DNA from: Calcarisporiella thermophila CBS 279.70 | Taxonomy: Eukaryota; Fungi; Calcarisporiellomycota | NCBI RefSeq assembly: GCF_041956535.1 | Contig: NW_027192206.1 | Coordinates: 1-64,000, forward strand | Reading direction: 5' to 3' | Length of the DNA: 64,000 nucleotides | Part shown: in pieces, positions 25,350 through 38,649 of the stretch | How the letters are laid out: every line of letters begins with the position of its first letter | How positions within the stretch are numbered: position 1 is the first letter of the stretch | Notes under the pieces: generated by a model | The model's database searches: none | The model's input: only the letters and a program-made list of their open reading frames with translations | What the model was told of the DNA's origin: nothing | Position numbers and translations under genes: made by a program

Positions 25350-26526
25350 ACTTAATTCAATTTGTTAATAAATGTGTATACTTGCTATTACTTCCTCACT
25401 GAATACTATATAATGAACCAGATACCCTATTGTTAAGTTATTTTTACCGGTTGCTATGTTTGAGTTTCTCTATATGCTCTTTTGATTTATATCTATCAAA
25501 AAATTTTTCATGCAATGTCCTAGACGAGCCCCATCATTCTAATGACCACTTTATATCTAAGGAGAATGTCGCATTTGAATATTCTATTTAATTTATTGCT
25601 ACCTACAATACATGTCTTTCAAATTGTCAAATGGCTTAAAATTCGCGTAGTAAGAAGTTATATAAAAAATGTAGTCTTACAATTTCCGATGAATAGTGCA
25701 ATGCCATTATATTATTCGCTTCAGACTCTCGTAATTACACTCTACTATATTAGTATACGTCTATTACTCAAACAGAGCACGTTTTCCGCCTGAGAGAAAT
25801 CAAAGCCTATAGAAGAATCGAATCGATAACACCTGTATCACGATGGAATCTATCGAAATGCATTTAGCACAATATTATGGAAAATAGCTTATTTAATTAA
25901 TAGATAAAATGCTTCCTCTATAATACGTGATTTGCCACAAATTAAAACGCTCGCCCTATTATCTATTTGACTCAGAGTGGTTTAAACGGAGCTTTTTGGG
26001 ATCTCAAGTCTCGACTCTCTGGGGATGGAGCCTTTGTGCCGGAATCGATCCGGGGAAGCTTCGAAGGAGCGAATTTCTTATGATTTAACGGCCACAATAC
26101 CCTTAACTATTGGATGGCTAAAATTTATCCGTGGCAATTTTGCTTGAGATGGTTTGACTGGTCGATGTCACAAACAAAAATTTTCTCTAGCGGTGCCTCG
26201 AATATTTCACCAAGCATAATGATTAATAGCTCATATTTCCATTGCTAGTTTAGACTAAACAGAACCAACAGTGCAGTTTAAACTTGATCAAAAGAACTCA
26301 TGTATTCGGTATTTGTGTTAAATACACCTTCAGTTATAAAAGGGCATTCCTCAATTACCCCCCTGAGTCTATTCTCTATAATACATAACTAGCCGCAACT
26401 TTTCCTCTGGATTTTTCGGTTAAATTTTACTTGGTATGTATTACTAGTTAATCTTGCATTCTCTTGACACGATATGTTGAAAACATTCACCTCTGCTATT
26501 TCTTCATAATTTCAGATCTTACCAAA

Positions 26527-26853
26527 ATGGTCCTCAAGAAATTCATTTTCATATGCCTTTTATCTGCCTTGACTGTTAACGCTTCTCATTACACCTGTTC
26601 TTGCAGAGACTATTACAACAAAGTAGTTGGCCAAGGGCCGACCTATGTTTGTGGGCAACATTTGGGAGGAGACAAAAGATATAGTGGAAGCACTAAAGAA
26701 TGGACATTTGAAACAGCCAAAGTAGCCAAGCAGTTTTTGGAATGCTGTGTGAGCGGCAAGAAAGGTCCTAAGAGAAACGGATATTGCGATAATGGGTTAC
26801 CTCCAGGCAGCGATTTGTATAGATGCGTTAAAGGTGGCAATAGCTGTGTTTAA
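26527..26853 (+). CDS. Small secreted Cys-rich protein (108 aa), QGPTYxCG family member 1
   Basis: ATG at 26527 after a 5'-UTR intron (26434-26515). Signal peptide and 8 Cys in the mature part. Homologous to 28006-28290. Confidence 0.85.
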   Translation: MVLKKFIFICLLSALTVNASHYTCSCRDYYNKVVGQGPTYVCGQHLGGDKRYSGSTKEWTFETAKVAKQFLECCVSGKKGPKRNGYCDNGLPPGSDLYRCVKGGNSCV

Positions 26854-28005
26854 ATCGACACCATTTAAGATTTATCCAACTGTGACACTAGACAAACACT
26901 AATGAATTAATAGATAATATAATGAGTGATATAGACAAAGTTGGATTTTTAACGTTTAATCTATGAAATGAACAAAGATTTTAACCTTATATTTTTCGTT
27001 ATTAAAATCAACCACTCCATGCCACAACTAATGCTGAAAACATTTAACTAAAGAGAGCATATGTGGTATATTTATTTCAGTATATTTCTCTCTGTTGAGT
27101 ACAAGAGCGTATTAAGTATTAATGTGAATCGTAAATCTTTCAAGGCACTCCTTCCTAAACTTATGAAACCATTATGAAGTTGACGATATCTTATGGGAAA
27201 TTGTAACAGACATTATATTTATTACATGTTCCATTCTCTTGATGGTATTGGTTTTTGGCTTCATACGACCTCAGACCACTGATAATGTATCCTCCGACTC
27301 AGTTTTTGATAATTCTAGCAAATAGTTTCGCAAAGAACCAAATATTCCGTCTCAGGCAAATCCTTTGTGGCTTCAAACTCACTAATAGCTGGATAGGTTG
27401 CGTTAAATTATCATTTTTCCCCATATGTTGCGTTAAATAATCTTCTCGTGATAGGGGTATTTTGTCCTTTATAAATATTTTTCGTACCTACTAAGTACGA
27501 AAGTATGAACCAGAATCCATAATTGAAAGGCACAGTCATGTTTAGTCCTAGGATCCTGTAGAAAATACGCTCGCAGGCAATGCCAGTTATCAGATGAGTA
27601 CTTAGCATTTAATTATATAATATCTATTTATTTTTATGGATAAGCTTGCGTGACACGTTTGCGGCTATTCGCGGCTAATCAGCTCTATCAGCTCTTTGGG
27701 AGAGATCTCAAATAAGTCTCTCACAAAATGGGGATTTTCAGGTGTAGTGCTGATTAGACTTGCTTGTTAGAATTACTTACTGGTTCCATATGGGAATGAA
27801 TTGGAGGGGGATCCATTCTTGAACTTAAGCTCACTAACTAGACCTAGGAAAATAATTCATAGAGCACCTTTTAAATATAATCATCCCAAGAATTCTTATT
27901 TTTTAAGATCTAATGTTAATATTCTTCCATTTTCTTTATTATTTTTTATAACAGCCTTATTACAGAATGATATTTTATAAATAAAAAATAGGAACTCATC
28001 TAGAA

Positions 28006-28290
28006 TTAATTATCGAACCACTTATCGCAATTTCTTCCAATGTCCACTCGGCACTGAGTCTTAGGTCCTAATTTGCCACTCTCACAGCAATCGCAAAAGG
28101 CCTTCTCTTGCTTGGAGCTAAATTTACACCACATCTTCTTGTTGCTGTTGTAGTGACCAGCATTCAACTTATCACCACAGGCATATGTAGGTCCTTGGCA
28201 ACCTCTATCTTTTTCGCAGCACACGCTATTGATAGCTGCTGTAAGTTGAAAAATAACCAAGAGTAGAAGAGAGGCGAAGATGTTTTTCAT
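28006..28290 (-). CDS. Small secreted Cys-rich protein (94 aa), QGPTYxCG family member 2
   Basis: Signal peptide and 10 Cys. Shares QGPTYxCG..L....Y....K.W and F..CC.SGK.GPK with the 26527 gene. 5'-UTR intron 28391-28307. Confidence 0.87.
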   Translation of the reverse strand: MKNIFASLLLLVIFQLTAAINSVCCEKDRGCQGPTYACGDKLNAGHYNSNKKMWCKFSSKQEKAFCDCCESGKLGPKTQCRVDIGRNCDKWFDN

Positions 28291-30224
28291 GATTTACAAC
28301 CCGCACCTATATCGGTATGAGAGACATTAGAACATGAGTTATGGATTCATAGATAGAGATTGTAACATGAATATGAATGTAAATGACGTACCGAATTATA
28401 TCAGTCTTGTTAGGTAAATTGGAAGAATAATAGCGGAAGAGCCCAAAAAAAAAGGATACCGTAACAAGCAAAATAAACGGTAGGCTTCCCCAAACAGAGG
28501 ACCTATATATCTGTGGAGAAGGCTCTAAAAAAATTTGCCGAAATCTAAGATTGATTAGCGGAGCCTATAACTCGGGGCCGTAGAGAATATACCGCTGGAG
28601 ATTAGAGGCTAGTTAATTTAACCAATCGAGCTACGAGCATCCAATTGAACAAATATAGCTGTGGCGTTGCACACTGCCATCTTAATGTCATTGGCTGAAT
28701 AATTTTGGAGAAGGATGAGTCAGAGGCTTGAAGGCAATGATGTCGAAGACTTTCCAATGGATCCATTCGGAGAGAAATATGCTTTTCCATTCTCTAATTA
28801 ATTCGCATAACTTTACGTGCCACTATCATAGGTCCCGATGAAAATGCAGTCCCGATTATATATACCAGTTAAATTATATAATTCGTCCTTCGCTTTACTT
28901 TATCTTAATGTACTGTAAGTAAGCTATATCGTCGGAGAATCTAAATTCAAACAAGGTAAAGGCTAGCAAGAAAACTTGAAAAAAGACTTTTGGAATAGTC
29001 CTTTTAATCGTATCACAATGTTCGATTAAATATTCTGTATATATTTTTGAATTTGTGAATAAAGCGTCGTTTGATTAAGAAAATGTCAATAGTAAAAAAG
29101 TTCACAAAAGTGTCTCTTGTGGAGTAACAAAGTTTAATTACATAGCCTTTAAGAGAAACGTTTTTATTGCCAAAGGCTAATGTACAAGTTAAAGTTGCAG
29201 GATGAGACCACAAGAAGCTTGACTATCCAAATCGGCGGTCCAGTTCATTGACGTGCTATGGCCTTGTGTAATTTGCAGGCGTTAGTTGACAAAAATCATC
29301 CGGGATCTCGCCGTTAATATCCTGAGACTTGATTTGCTGTAAAACAGCACTCTAAAAGATCTGGAAGCATCCATCTCTATATATCCTAAGGAGCCGTAAA
29401 AATAGCATTTGAGAGTTTGTAAAATATGGTTGGTTCATTAAGACAATATGCTTTTTCAAACTTCAAAGACAGAGTTCTTAGTGTAAGGAAGTCGATAACA
29501 CTGTTCTTTCAATCTTAAAGAGAGTTATAGTACATGATCAATGGCTTTTTTATTATACTCTTGTTTTTTCGAATTGATTCCTCAAGTACCGTTTTTATTC
29601 AAGCTATACGCAACTCTAAAAGGATGATATTACTACTTAGCACTGAGCAGGATACTTTCAGTTGCATTAATACCAGTAAGCTGATTCTAGAGAGAATGCA
29701 TTTGCATGGGTCGGAAAGGTGTCGTCCCGTTAGCGCGAAGATTTATGCCGATTTGAAAAGATGTGGGGAAATCAAGAAGCAGAACTAATGAATTTCTAGC
29801 TTTCATATGGAAGCCGCACTGGAATAGTATGGTGGGCACCTGAAGATTATCCCTACCATATCTATCGGATATAAATTTAACTAAATGATGCTTGTAGCTG
29901 TTGTTACACCGGCTTTATATTATAGAGTTTGAATATTATTTATGATTGTGTAAGGTTATTTGAGCCTACTTGTTGCCTTAATTGGAAACACCTCCTAGGC
30001 TCCTTACTATTTTCGTAACAATTTTTTGTGCTCCCGGCTTATTATTTCAGTAATGTAAGCTGATAGGGGGCTTTCTATCAGCCGAGTCATTAGTAGGCAT
30101 AAGTAGAATGAATTGAAATAGTTCCTAACATAGATGCCCAGCATGCAGATATCAATTCATTATAAAAGGTCTTCTCACACGCGACAAGGCAATGAATTAT
30201 TCACCATAGCATAGATAGTGAAAG

Positions 30225-32204
30225 ATGAGTCAAAAAAAATTTGCATCCGTGAAGTCAAATGGAAAGCCTCTTCACGAAAAATTTCCAAACGAATCTGATT
30301 CAGGCGCTAGGCGTTTTTCCTCTGTAAAAAGCAATGAAGATATAACAGTTGAACTCGAGATAGAAGAAAATAAAACCAGCGAGGCGGATATCTCACAGAT
30401 AGACTCCTGGCGTGCTTGGTTGGTGACGCTAGGAGGGTTCTTGATCGTCTTTAATAATTTTGGTATCACATACACGTGGGGCATATACCAGGTATAGTCC
30501 ATTTTAATTTTTAATTTAATTCTTTACTTATTTCAGGTTGCTAGGAGGTGTATCTCACAAAAGAATTCGTTGGTCAAGCCACAGATCAGGCTATATCTTA
30601 TATCGGCACATCTTCAAATGCTTTAATGTTTCTCCTCGGTCCTATGTTTATCATCGTATCTCAACGGATTGGATTCCGTATTTGCATGATGTTTGGCGCC
30701 GTTTTGTGCCCATTAGCCCTTCTTCTTGCAAGTTTCAATACACATGTAAAGACAATCCAAAAACAGTAGCAAGAGACATAAAGTGTTTACATTTTTATAT
30801 TATTATAATAGCTGTGGCAACTTTATATTACCCAAGGCATCATGTTCGGAATCGGCTTCGCTTGCCTGTTTTTTCCTTCTATTCTTCTACCAAATCAATG
30901 GTTCAAGAAACACCTGGGCTTAGTAAGTAATGTTCTTAATTGTTTATATTGAAATTTACCTATAATATTATAGCTTTTTTTTTTCAAATATAGGCAACGG
31001 GCATTACGGTATCTGGATCTGGTATCGGCGGACTTTGCCTATCGCCGTTGGTAAGATATATTATAGGTATTATCCCTTTATTACTATTTTAAACATAGAT
31101 ATGATTAATTGTTTTTCAATCCAGATCAATACGGATACCGTTGGTCACTCCGCATTTCAGCGATTATCAGTTTAATTCTTCTAGTTGTTGGATCAATCCT
31201 TTGTCGCCCTCGAATTCCATTAAAAAGTACTCAAAAAAAAGTACTATTTAAACCTGATATTTTTACAAATCGTTTAGCAGCTCTATTTTGCTTTGGAATC
31301 TTTGCAAGCTTCGGGTAAAGATATTAGCTTCAGAAATAGATTATATTATATCCTTGCTTATTTATTACGGCCCAGATATCTTCCACCTTTTCTTATGCTT
31401 CCAAGTAAGGTATCAATTGCTTTCATTGGGATGGCTACGATATCTCACTCAGCTTATAATTAGGATACGCAAGCACGATCAATATTGACCAACCCACAGC
31501 TGCGATTCTCGTAGGTGTTATGAGCGGAATAAATAGCTTGGGTCGTGTAGTGATTGGGGCATCAGCAGATTTGTTGTAAGTCAGTGTTGACAAACTCCAA
31601 CAGTTAATGATTTTACCTAGTTCCAAATACTAGTGGTCGCTTAAACGCTTTGCTCTGGTGCACATTAATAGCAGGGTTGTCTACGATGGCCATTTGGCCT
31701 TTTGCAAAAAGTCTCGGTGTGCTGATAATCTATGTGGTAAATATCCAATTCACTGTAATTCTATTGCGGGTGATTGACCTCCTAATTTTTCCTCCAGTTA
31801 ATTTATGGCTTCACTGCAGGAGGCTTCATTTCCTTGTTCCCCGTCGTAGTAGCGACAATTGTAAAGGCAGAGGATTTGGATTTTGCAATGGGCATAATAT
31901 CGATTTCTCAATTTTTTGGAATGTTGTTTGGAACTCCAGCAAGGTAAAAAAAAATCCTTTACCAATTAATTAGGGCCAATCTTTAAATATTCTTTGTATT
32001 TTGCAGTGGAGCATTACTGGATGCAGCAGGACATAATTATTTTACTCCTTTAATAGAATTTACCGGAGGTAAAGGCTACAGTTAATTCAGATAAGTAATT
32101 ATTAGCTAATATTTCAGGGACGAATAGCTTGCACTGTCATGGCAGCCTTAATCGTTGCGTACTTGCGATTCACAGCCAGCACAAAATTCTTTGCTAAAAT
32201 TTGA
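30225..32204 (+). CDS. MFS transporter, monocarboxylate porter (MCT/Mch-like) family, multi-exon
   Basis: DSWRAWLVTLGGF..FGITYTWGIYQ; WQLYITQGIMFGIG; NQWFKKHLGLATGI.VSGSGIGG; GYRWSLR; GRVVIG. Many short introns. Confidence 0.9.
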
Positions 32205-33372
32205 GAATTCTTACAAGTAGCTACTTTTCTGATAACTCTATAAACAAAGAGTGGTTTAGGTTTTATATGATATAGCAAAATAAATAATTCCTTTACTAAT
32301 TGTGCCTTAATTAAAATCAATTCAATAAAGAACCGCATTTAAATATCAACTTATGGTTAAGCTTTTACTTTGGCTTGGTTTTTCTGAATAGGAGCGCAAC
32401 ATATCATTAATTGCTTATATCCAGGGAGAACTATTCAAACTGGCTGATTTGTTGGTTTGCAATATAGCAATCGATGAATCTAATATTAACGAATTGACTA
32501 TTAAATACTATTTCTTGCGAATAAACAATGGATTGACCCTATATTAACAATTTTAACTGAATAGATATAATATATATTCACATCTTCCATATTGATCGTT
32601 TACTTTTTTACAATTTAGATTGGTTAATTCTTACATGTTAGATGATGATTTTTTCCTATGCCATAATATGTAAGATCGCAATTTACCCTATATGAGATAC
32701 TATTGCTTATCATAGCAAGTAGGCTCTCATGTCAGAATTATCGATATATTAAAGCTATTGAATGCTGTAGCACCACGAATATGGTGATGAAGAGGCATAG
32801 TGATTACCTTATATTAAATTATTGTGTAGAGGTTTCTAGGCTTGTTGTATGAAAAATTGAATTAGGGTTGCTCCCATTACAAGTAAATTTCATCTATTTC
32901 GTGAATAAACAGATATTATCCATTTTCGGCCGGCACAAATACTAGCGTTAATCAATAAAGTGCCTAAGATTTAATCTCTTTAAAAAATTTCACTCTTCTA
33001 AATCAGGTCTTTTAACAGGTTTCTAGAAGATACCGTATATGCCTTCTATTTGTCATTTATATCTCTCAGATGACCCAACTTGAAGGAAAGAATTCTTCCG
33101 AAGCCAATCAAACTTGTGAAAACTCACCAGCTAGTATAGTCACAGCTAACATTCCCAACACCCCCGCAAAAATGAATTTAGGAAGACCGACCGTTGTAAG
33201 AATGAATACTCGATGCACCCTGATTGGCTAAAATATCATCTGCCCACTTTTAACCTAACCTACGACAAATTGGAATTCGCTTTAAGGGCGGAACATTCGA
33301 TATTTTTTTACTATTTCTCGAGCCTTTCCTCTAGCCAATTTGCCTTTTGAAATTTGGCTTCACATTCCGAAA

Positions 33373-34603
33373 ATGAATGCCACTCTTAACGCCGGTGACC
33401 TCAACTTCATTGAGAGACAATGGGTAGCCTTATATGAGGGCCGCAATCCTGCCGTTGTCACTGCAATTGTTGCTTTCGTTACTCACGAAGTCGCGTACTT
33501 TGGAAGATATGTTCCATTTTGGATTGCGGACTATATCCCGGCCCTTCAAAAATATAAGCTGCAGCCTGTAACGTGTTTCCTTTGCTATACCTTTAGATAG
33601 ACTCATCGAGTGATGCTCATCCTTACATTTCAAATTATATCATCTGTTTTCTTAGGATAAGTACCCGACTCGAGAACAATGGTTGAAATGCTTAAGAGGC
33701 GTGCTATTCCTACATATTTTCGTGGAACTCCCAATGGTCGCTTTGACATTTCATCCTTTAGCTGAATATCTGGGAATGAAAATTACAGAAGTACCGTTGC
33801 CTAGTTGGTGAGCACTATTTCATCTGAATGTCATTGTAATAATAATCATTCAAGCTCATATTTTTGAAACTTTTCTTCCGTAGGCAAGCAATTTGTCTTC
33901 AAATTGCATTTTTCCTTGTCATTGAAGATGCTTATAATTACTGGGGACATAGAGCTTTACATACTCCTTATCTTTACAAGCATATTCATAAAGTGCATCA
34001 CGAATATGCTGCACCTTTTGGCATGGTAATTTTGACTTGTTCGAAATGGGCTTCTGCTGTTTCCTTAATTTTTCGTATTCACACCTATAATATTCCAGGC
34101 TGCCGAGTACACATCTTGGATGGAAACTCTTATTTTAGGACTTGGCACCATGTTGGGACCGCTCATCTACTGCTCGTTCGCTAATGACTTCCATCTCTTT
34201 ACCTTCTTGTTGTGGCTGATCGTGCGGATGGCTCAAGCTGTGGATTCGCACTCAGGATATGGTACGAATTGACCTGTCTTAGTTGTTTTTATTTCTTTTT
34301 ATTCACGCTGGGCCATTTAACATTGCTCAATAGATTTCCCTTGGTCTCTCCACAATTTCATCCCTTTCTGGGCAGGTGGGACTTATCATTTTTACACTTG
34401 TTATTCCTCCAATTGCTCACTCCAGTTTATCGTATCTAGGAGCCGAGCACCACGATTACCATCACCTTGCTTTCGTCAACAACTATGGCTCCCAGTTCAG
34501 ATTCTGGGACTACTTCTGTAAGACAGATACTAGATATCGTGCATTCCGGAAGCAACAAAGATTAGAGAAAGAACTGGCTAAAAAGAATAAGAAGAAATTA
34601 TAA
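33373..34603 (+). CDS. ERG25: C-4 methylsterol oxidase, multi-exon
   Basis: [64 protein letters not shown] and GAEHHDYHH (His boxes). Confidence 0.93.
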
Positions 34604-35379
34604 AATGATGCACTGTGTTCTGTTGAAATTTTGTTCCCTTTTATTAAGCTTATCCATTAATCGCGTTTCTCTATGAAAAAAAAAAAAACTATATCCAGAA
34701 TAATTTATTACTATATAATTCATAATTCATACGAGTTGACCCAATACTGTTCTGCGCCCATAGTGTATCCTATATCATTTCTTTTTTTTTTCTCTTTTAG
34801 ATAAAGTTTTTAAGATGTCACACATTCTATAATATATTTTCTATATACTATATTTTAGAGAAATAATTTAAATGCTTCTCAACTATTTGATGGTCTTTAT
34901 GAGTAACTTAATTATTGCCTCAAGTGTCTCATAAATTATCTCGTACTGAATTTGCGTCATATGATTCGATCACTGTCCAAGCATCAAACTATTCTATGGA
35001 GCATATGGAATTCAGTGTAGTGGAGCCAAGATCGTTTTCCGCTCAAACAATATAAGAGCCTTCTTAAGAAAATGCTAGAAAATTCACTCGGCTGATTTGC
35101 CAAGCATAAATGATTTCATTTCTGTGAGGCTGTGGTCTTCTTTAGTTCATTTGCTTAGTGTTTTTCTTGGTATCGAAAAATGGCTGAAATATGAAAGAGA
35201 AAGTCATTAAAATGGAAATGCCTTATAGAACTACCGTAGAAAATTAGAATTATCTTTTTATGCAGCTCGAATCTATATAAGTTCTTCATCTCTCCACTCT
35301 TGCTAAAGATAATAATATATTATTCACATCAAATTCATTGGTTATAACAGCTAAATCATTGAACTAGATACACTTAGCG

Positions 35380-35745
35380 ATGAAGCTCAGCACTCTTATT
35401 GTCGTCGCTGTTTTAGCATCTACCTCTGTCCAAGCTTTTCCCTTCATTCGTCGTGAAGAATGCTCGCTTGAAGCTTGCCATGGGATGACAGAACTCTTGC
35501 GCAAATGTGTCCCTAAAGCGGCCAGCAATAAAGATGATGGAGAGTTCTACAAAGGTAAAATGTTGGCTGAACCAATTCCTTAATTCAATCGTCCATTCTA
35601 ATTTTCTCTATTAGACATCTTTGAATGTTACTGTGATGATTCCACGTTCTTGGACTCTTATGGTAAATGCATCGACGCTTGCGGGAAATATGCCAAGGAT
35701 GCTCCTAGTGTTAATCAAATGGAAAAATATTGCAAACTTATCTGA
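35380..35745 (+). CDS. Small secreted 8-Cys protein, paralog B (101 aa; intron 35555-35614)
   Basis: 85/101 aa identical to the 13457 protein by manual alignment, with identical exon lengths (175+131 nt). Confidence 0.88.
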
Positions 35746-36383
35746 GCTCCTTTATAATGAGATCCAAGTATTATAAATAGTTCTTTAACTTTATGACCAT
35801 AGGGTGCTAATTTGCTTGTCAATTTCTTTGAATAATATCGGTAGTTTGGAATAAATACTAGGTTACACGTGCACTATATACTTTATTCGCAACAGCTGGA
35901 AATGAAATGAATGATAAAATGTATCAAGATTTAGGGAGAAAGTGAGAAAATGTATAAAAATTTACTGCTGATAAACTAGCGGTTTGCTGCTGTTCCTGAG
36001 AATTATATACCACTTTGGGTGAAGGCCTGAGATTTTTTTCTCGTCATTTGGATGATGACTATAAAAATAATGGTAAAATCCATCTGTTCTATTTCAAAAC
36101 GAAAACTTTATTTTGTTAAAATTTGCACTAGTTGAGGCGATGTAGCCTTTACATGTTTATAATGTCTTTGCTCATCAATTCTCCATTTACAATAATTTTT
36201 GCATTTTGCAGATACGTATGCTCTGAAGCAAGCTCGATAAATTTGGACTATTGTAAAAAATGTATCATTTTGTGCTTAGGAAACGCAAATGATTGTAATT
36301 TGGCACGAAATCAAACAAGCGTATTTATAAAATACATTGAGGCATATTTTCTTTTTTAAAGGCCAAATAATAAATTAACAAGC

Positions 36384-37722
36384 CTATTTCTCACTCTCCG
36401 CCTTTACAGTCTGAAAGAATAACCGTAATGCCTCAGGGTCCACAGTTGGCAAAATTCCATGGCCAAGATTCGCAATATATCTTCCCTTTCCGCCACCGAA
36501 TCCGCGGACCATTTCTGTTGCCTTGTGACGAATTGCTTTTTCCCCTCCATAGAGCACACATGGATCCATGTTTCCTTGCAACGTAACCCTTCCTCTTGCA
36601 ATCTTTCGCGCAGACTCCGGATCAATTGTCCAGTCGATAGAAACGACGTCATAACCAGAGTCGCACAAGTCATCGAGAGCAAACCAAGCACCTTTAGCAA
36701 AAATAGTCATTGGAACTTGATTATCTCCGAGCTTCTGCTTAACACATTTGGAAATTTGACGGAGGTAGGGGAGCGAGAAGACAGCGAAGTCTTGTGGGCT
36801 GAGTTCACCAGCCCAAGACTCAAATATTTGGAGCATCTATAATCGAAACCATGATAAATAACGATGTGTGTGCAAGAAAAAAGCGAAGAAGGGTCACAAA
36901 ATATGTGAATATTACATTACCTGAGCACCTGCTTGAACTTGACCCACCAAAAAATCTACCACCACATCAGTTACCCGTTGCAGAAGATCGTGACTTTCTG
37001 AGGGGTGCATAAATAGCCATGTCTTAGCCTTTGACAATGTTTTGCTACCTCCACCCTCGATCATGTAGGCCATAAGGGTCCATGGCGCACCCGCAAATCC
37101 GAGTAGAGGCACACGGCCGTTGAGTCGATGCCGTGTCAAAGTGATAGCATCATACACATATTTTAACACCGTATGCGTATCGACATCCTTGGTCAGCCGA
37201 GCAACATCCGCAGGAGTATCGAGTGGATTGGGGAAATGAGGCCCTTTTCCAGGGAGCATCTCGACCTCGAGACCTAATGCCTGTGGTACGACAAGAATGT
37301 CGGAGAAAATGATGGCCGCATCGAGGAGATCGGAATAACGGTCAATGGGCTGGAGGGTCACTTCACAGGCAAGTTCGGGAGTACGGCAAATAGTGAAAAA
37401 ATCGTTACGTTCACGAGCTTGACGGAATTCTTATCGTATGATTAAAATTAGAAAGATGAATACTAATATAATTTGCAGTGTGCATATAGTACATATAGTA
37501 AAACAAATAGCTTACCAGGTAGATATCTTCCTGCCTGTCGCATTACCCAAACAGGAGCGCGTTCGGTGGGCTCGCCTATAGATAGAGAGTGAGAAAAGAT
37601 ATAGAACCATACTACCTAATGCTCGGAGAAGTCATATAAAATTCGAAAATAGGTTGTAAAGTACCTCGAGCAGCGCGTAAAATTAAATCATTTTTCAGAA
37701 GAGGAAATTCAGCTGTGGCCAT
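36384..37722 (-). CDS. HEM12: Uroporphyrinogen decarboxylase
   Basis: [57 protein letters not shown] and IANLGHG. Confidence 0.97.
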
Positions 37723-37916
37723 GTTTACAAGTCAGGAAAGAAGAGGACAAGGAAATTGTATCCGAGTGTATTTTTTTATCAATAATTGAATCGGAATAAA
37801 TAGACCATCGTCGATTTCGCGTATTTGAAGTCTTTGAGAGGCGCAGCTTTTCCTTGGGTGTATAAAATAGTTCTACTTAGATCTAACATCTGAAAATAGA
37901 TCTCAAGTGGAGCATT

Positions 37917-38445
37917 ATGGCAGAGATACCTCGCGATCGCAAACAGCTGCGTGCTTGCATGCTGTGCTGTCTGATCAAGGTTAGTATATTACATATTTTT
38001 CTTACCCAGTATTGCAATCTGAGTTTGCTTTAGAACGTAGATCAGTTCAAAAGAAGCGGATGTGATAATTGTGAAGACATTTTAGAACTTAGAGGCAATA
38101 TTGATAGAGTGATGGAGTGCACAAGTTCAAAAATTTGAGGGGTTAGAACCAGGGAATTAAAATCATTTATGTACAAAGATTTATATAATTTTTGATCTAG
38201 ATTTATTGCAATGATGGGCCCAGGAGACAGCTGGGTGTCTCGATGGCAAAGAATTGGTAATTCTCTTTTTATCTTAGTATATTACAACTGTGATTCCATC
38301 GATTTTATTTGCGAAATCATTAGATGGCTATGCAAAAGGGGTTTATGCTACCGCAGTGCACGGTCGTATCCCGGAATATGTTGAAGATGAGTTAGAGCGA
38401 CGTGGTATACAATATCGTCCCAGAGATGGGTCAGCATTGGAATGA
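37917..38445 (+). CDS. SPT4: Transcription elongation factor Spt4 (4 exons; apparent +1 frameshift in an A-run)
   Basis: [42 protein letters not shown] and YRPRDG. Confidence 0.92.
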
Positions 38446-38649
38446 CGGTTTATAATTCTAATGAACATCTTACCAGCACTCTTCAGCCTATTCTTTTCAT
38501 TTAACTACGTTCTTTATGTAAATAATTGATTCCTTTTTTCATTTCGGTAATAAAATTCTATATTTTAATATTACGAAAGAAATACAGGATGATATATATT
38601 AAAGATGCGTAAATCAACAAGAAAATAATAATTATTAGATAAAGAAATG

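Noticed and set aside
26464-26526. N-terminal extension of the 129-aa ORF
   Set aside because: Starts at TTG inside a 5'-UTR intron. The ATG at 26527 gives a proper signal peptide.
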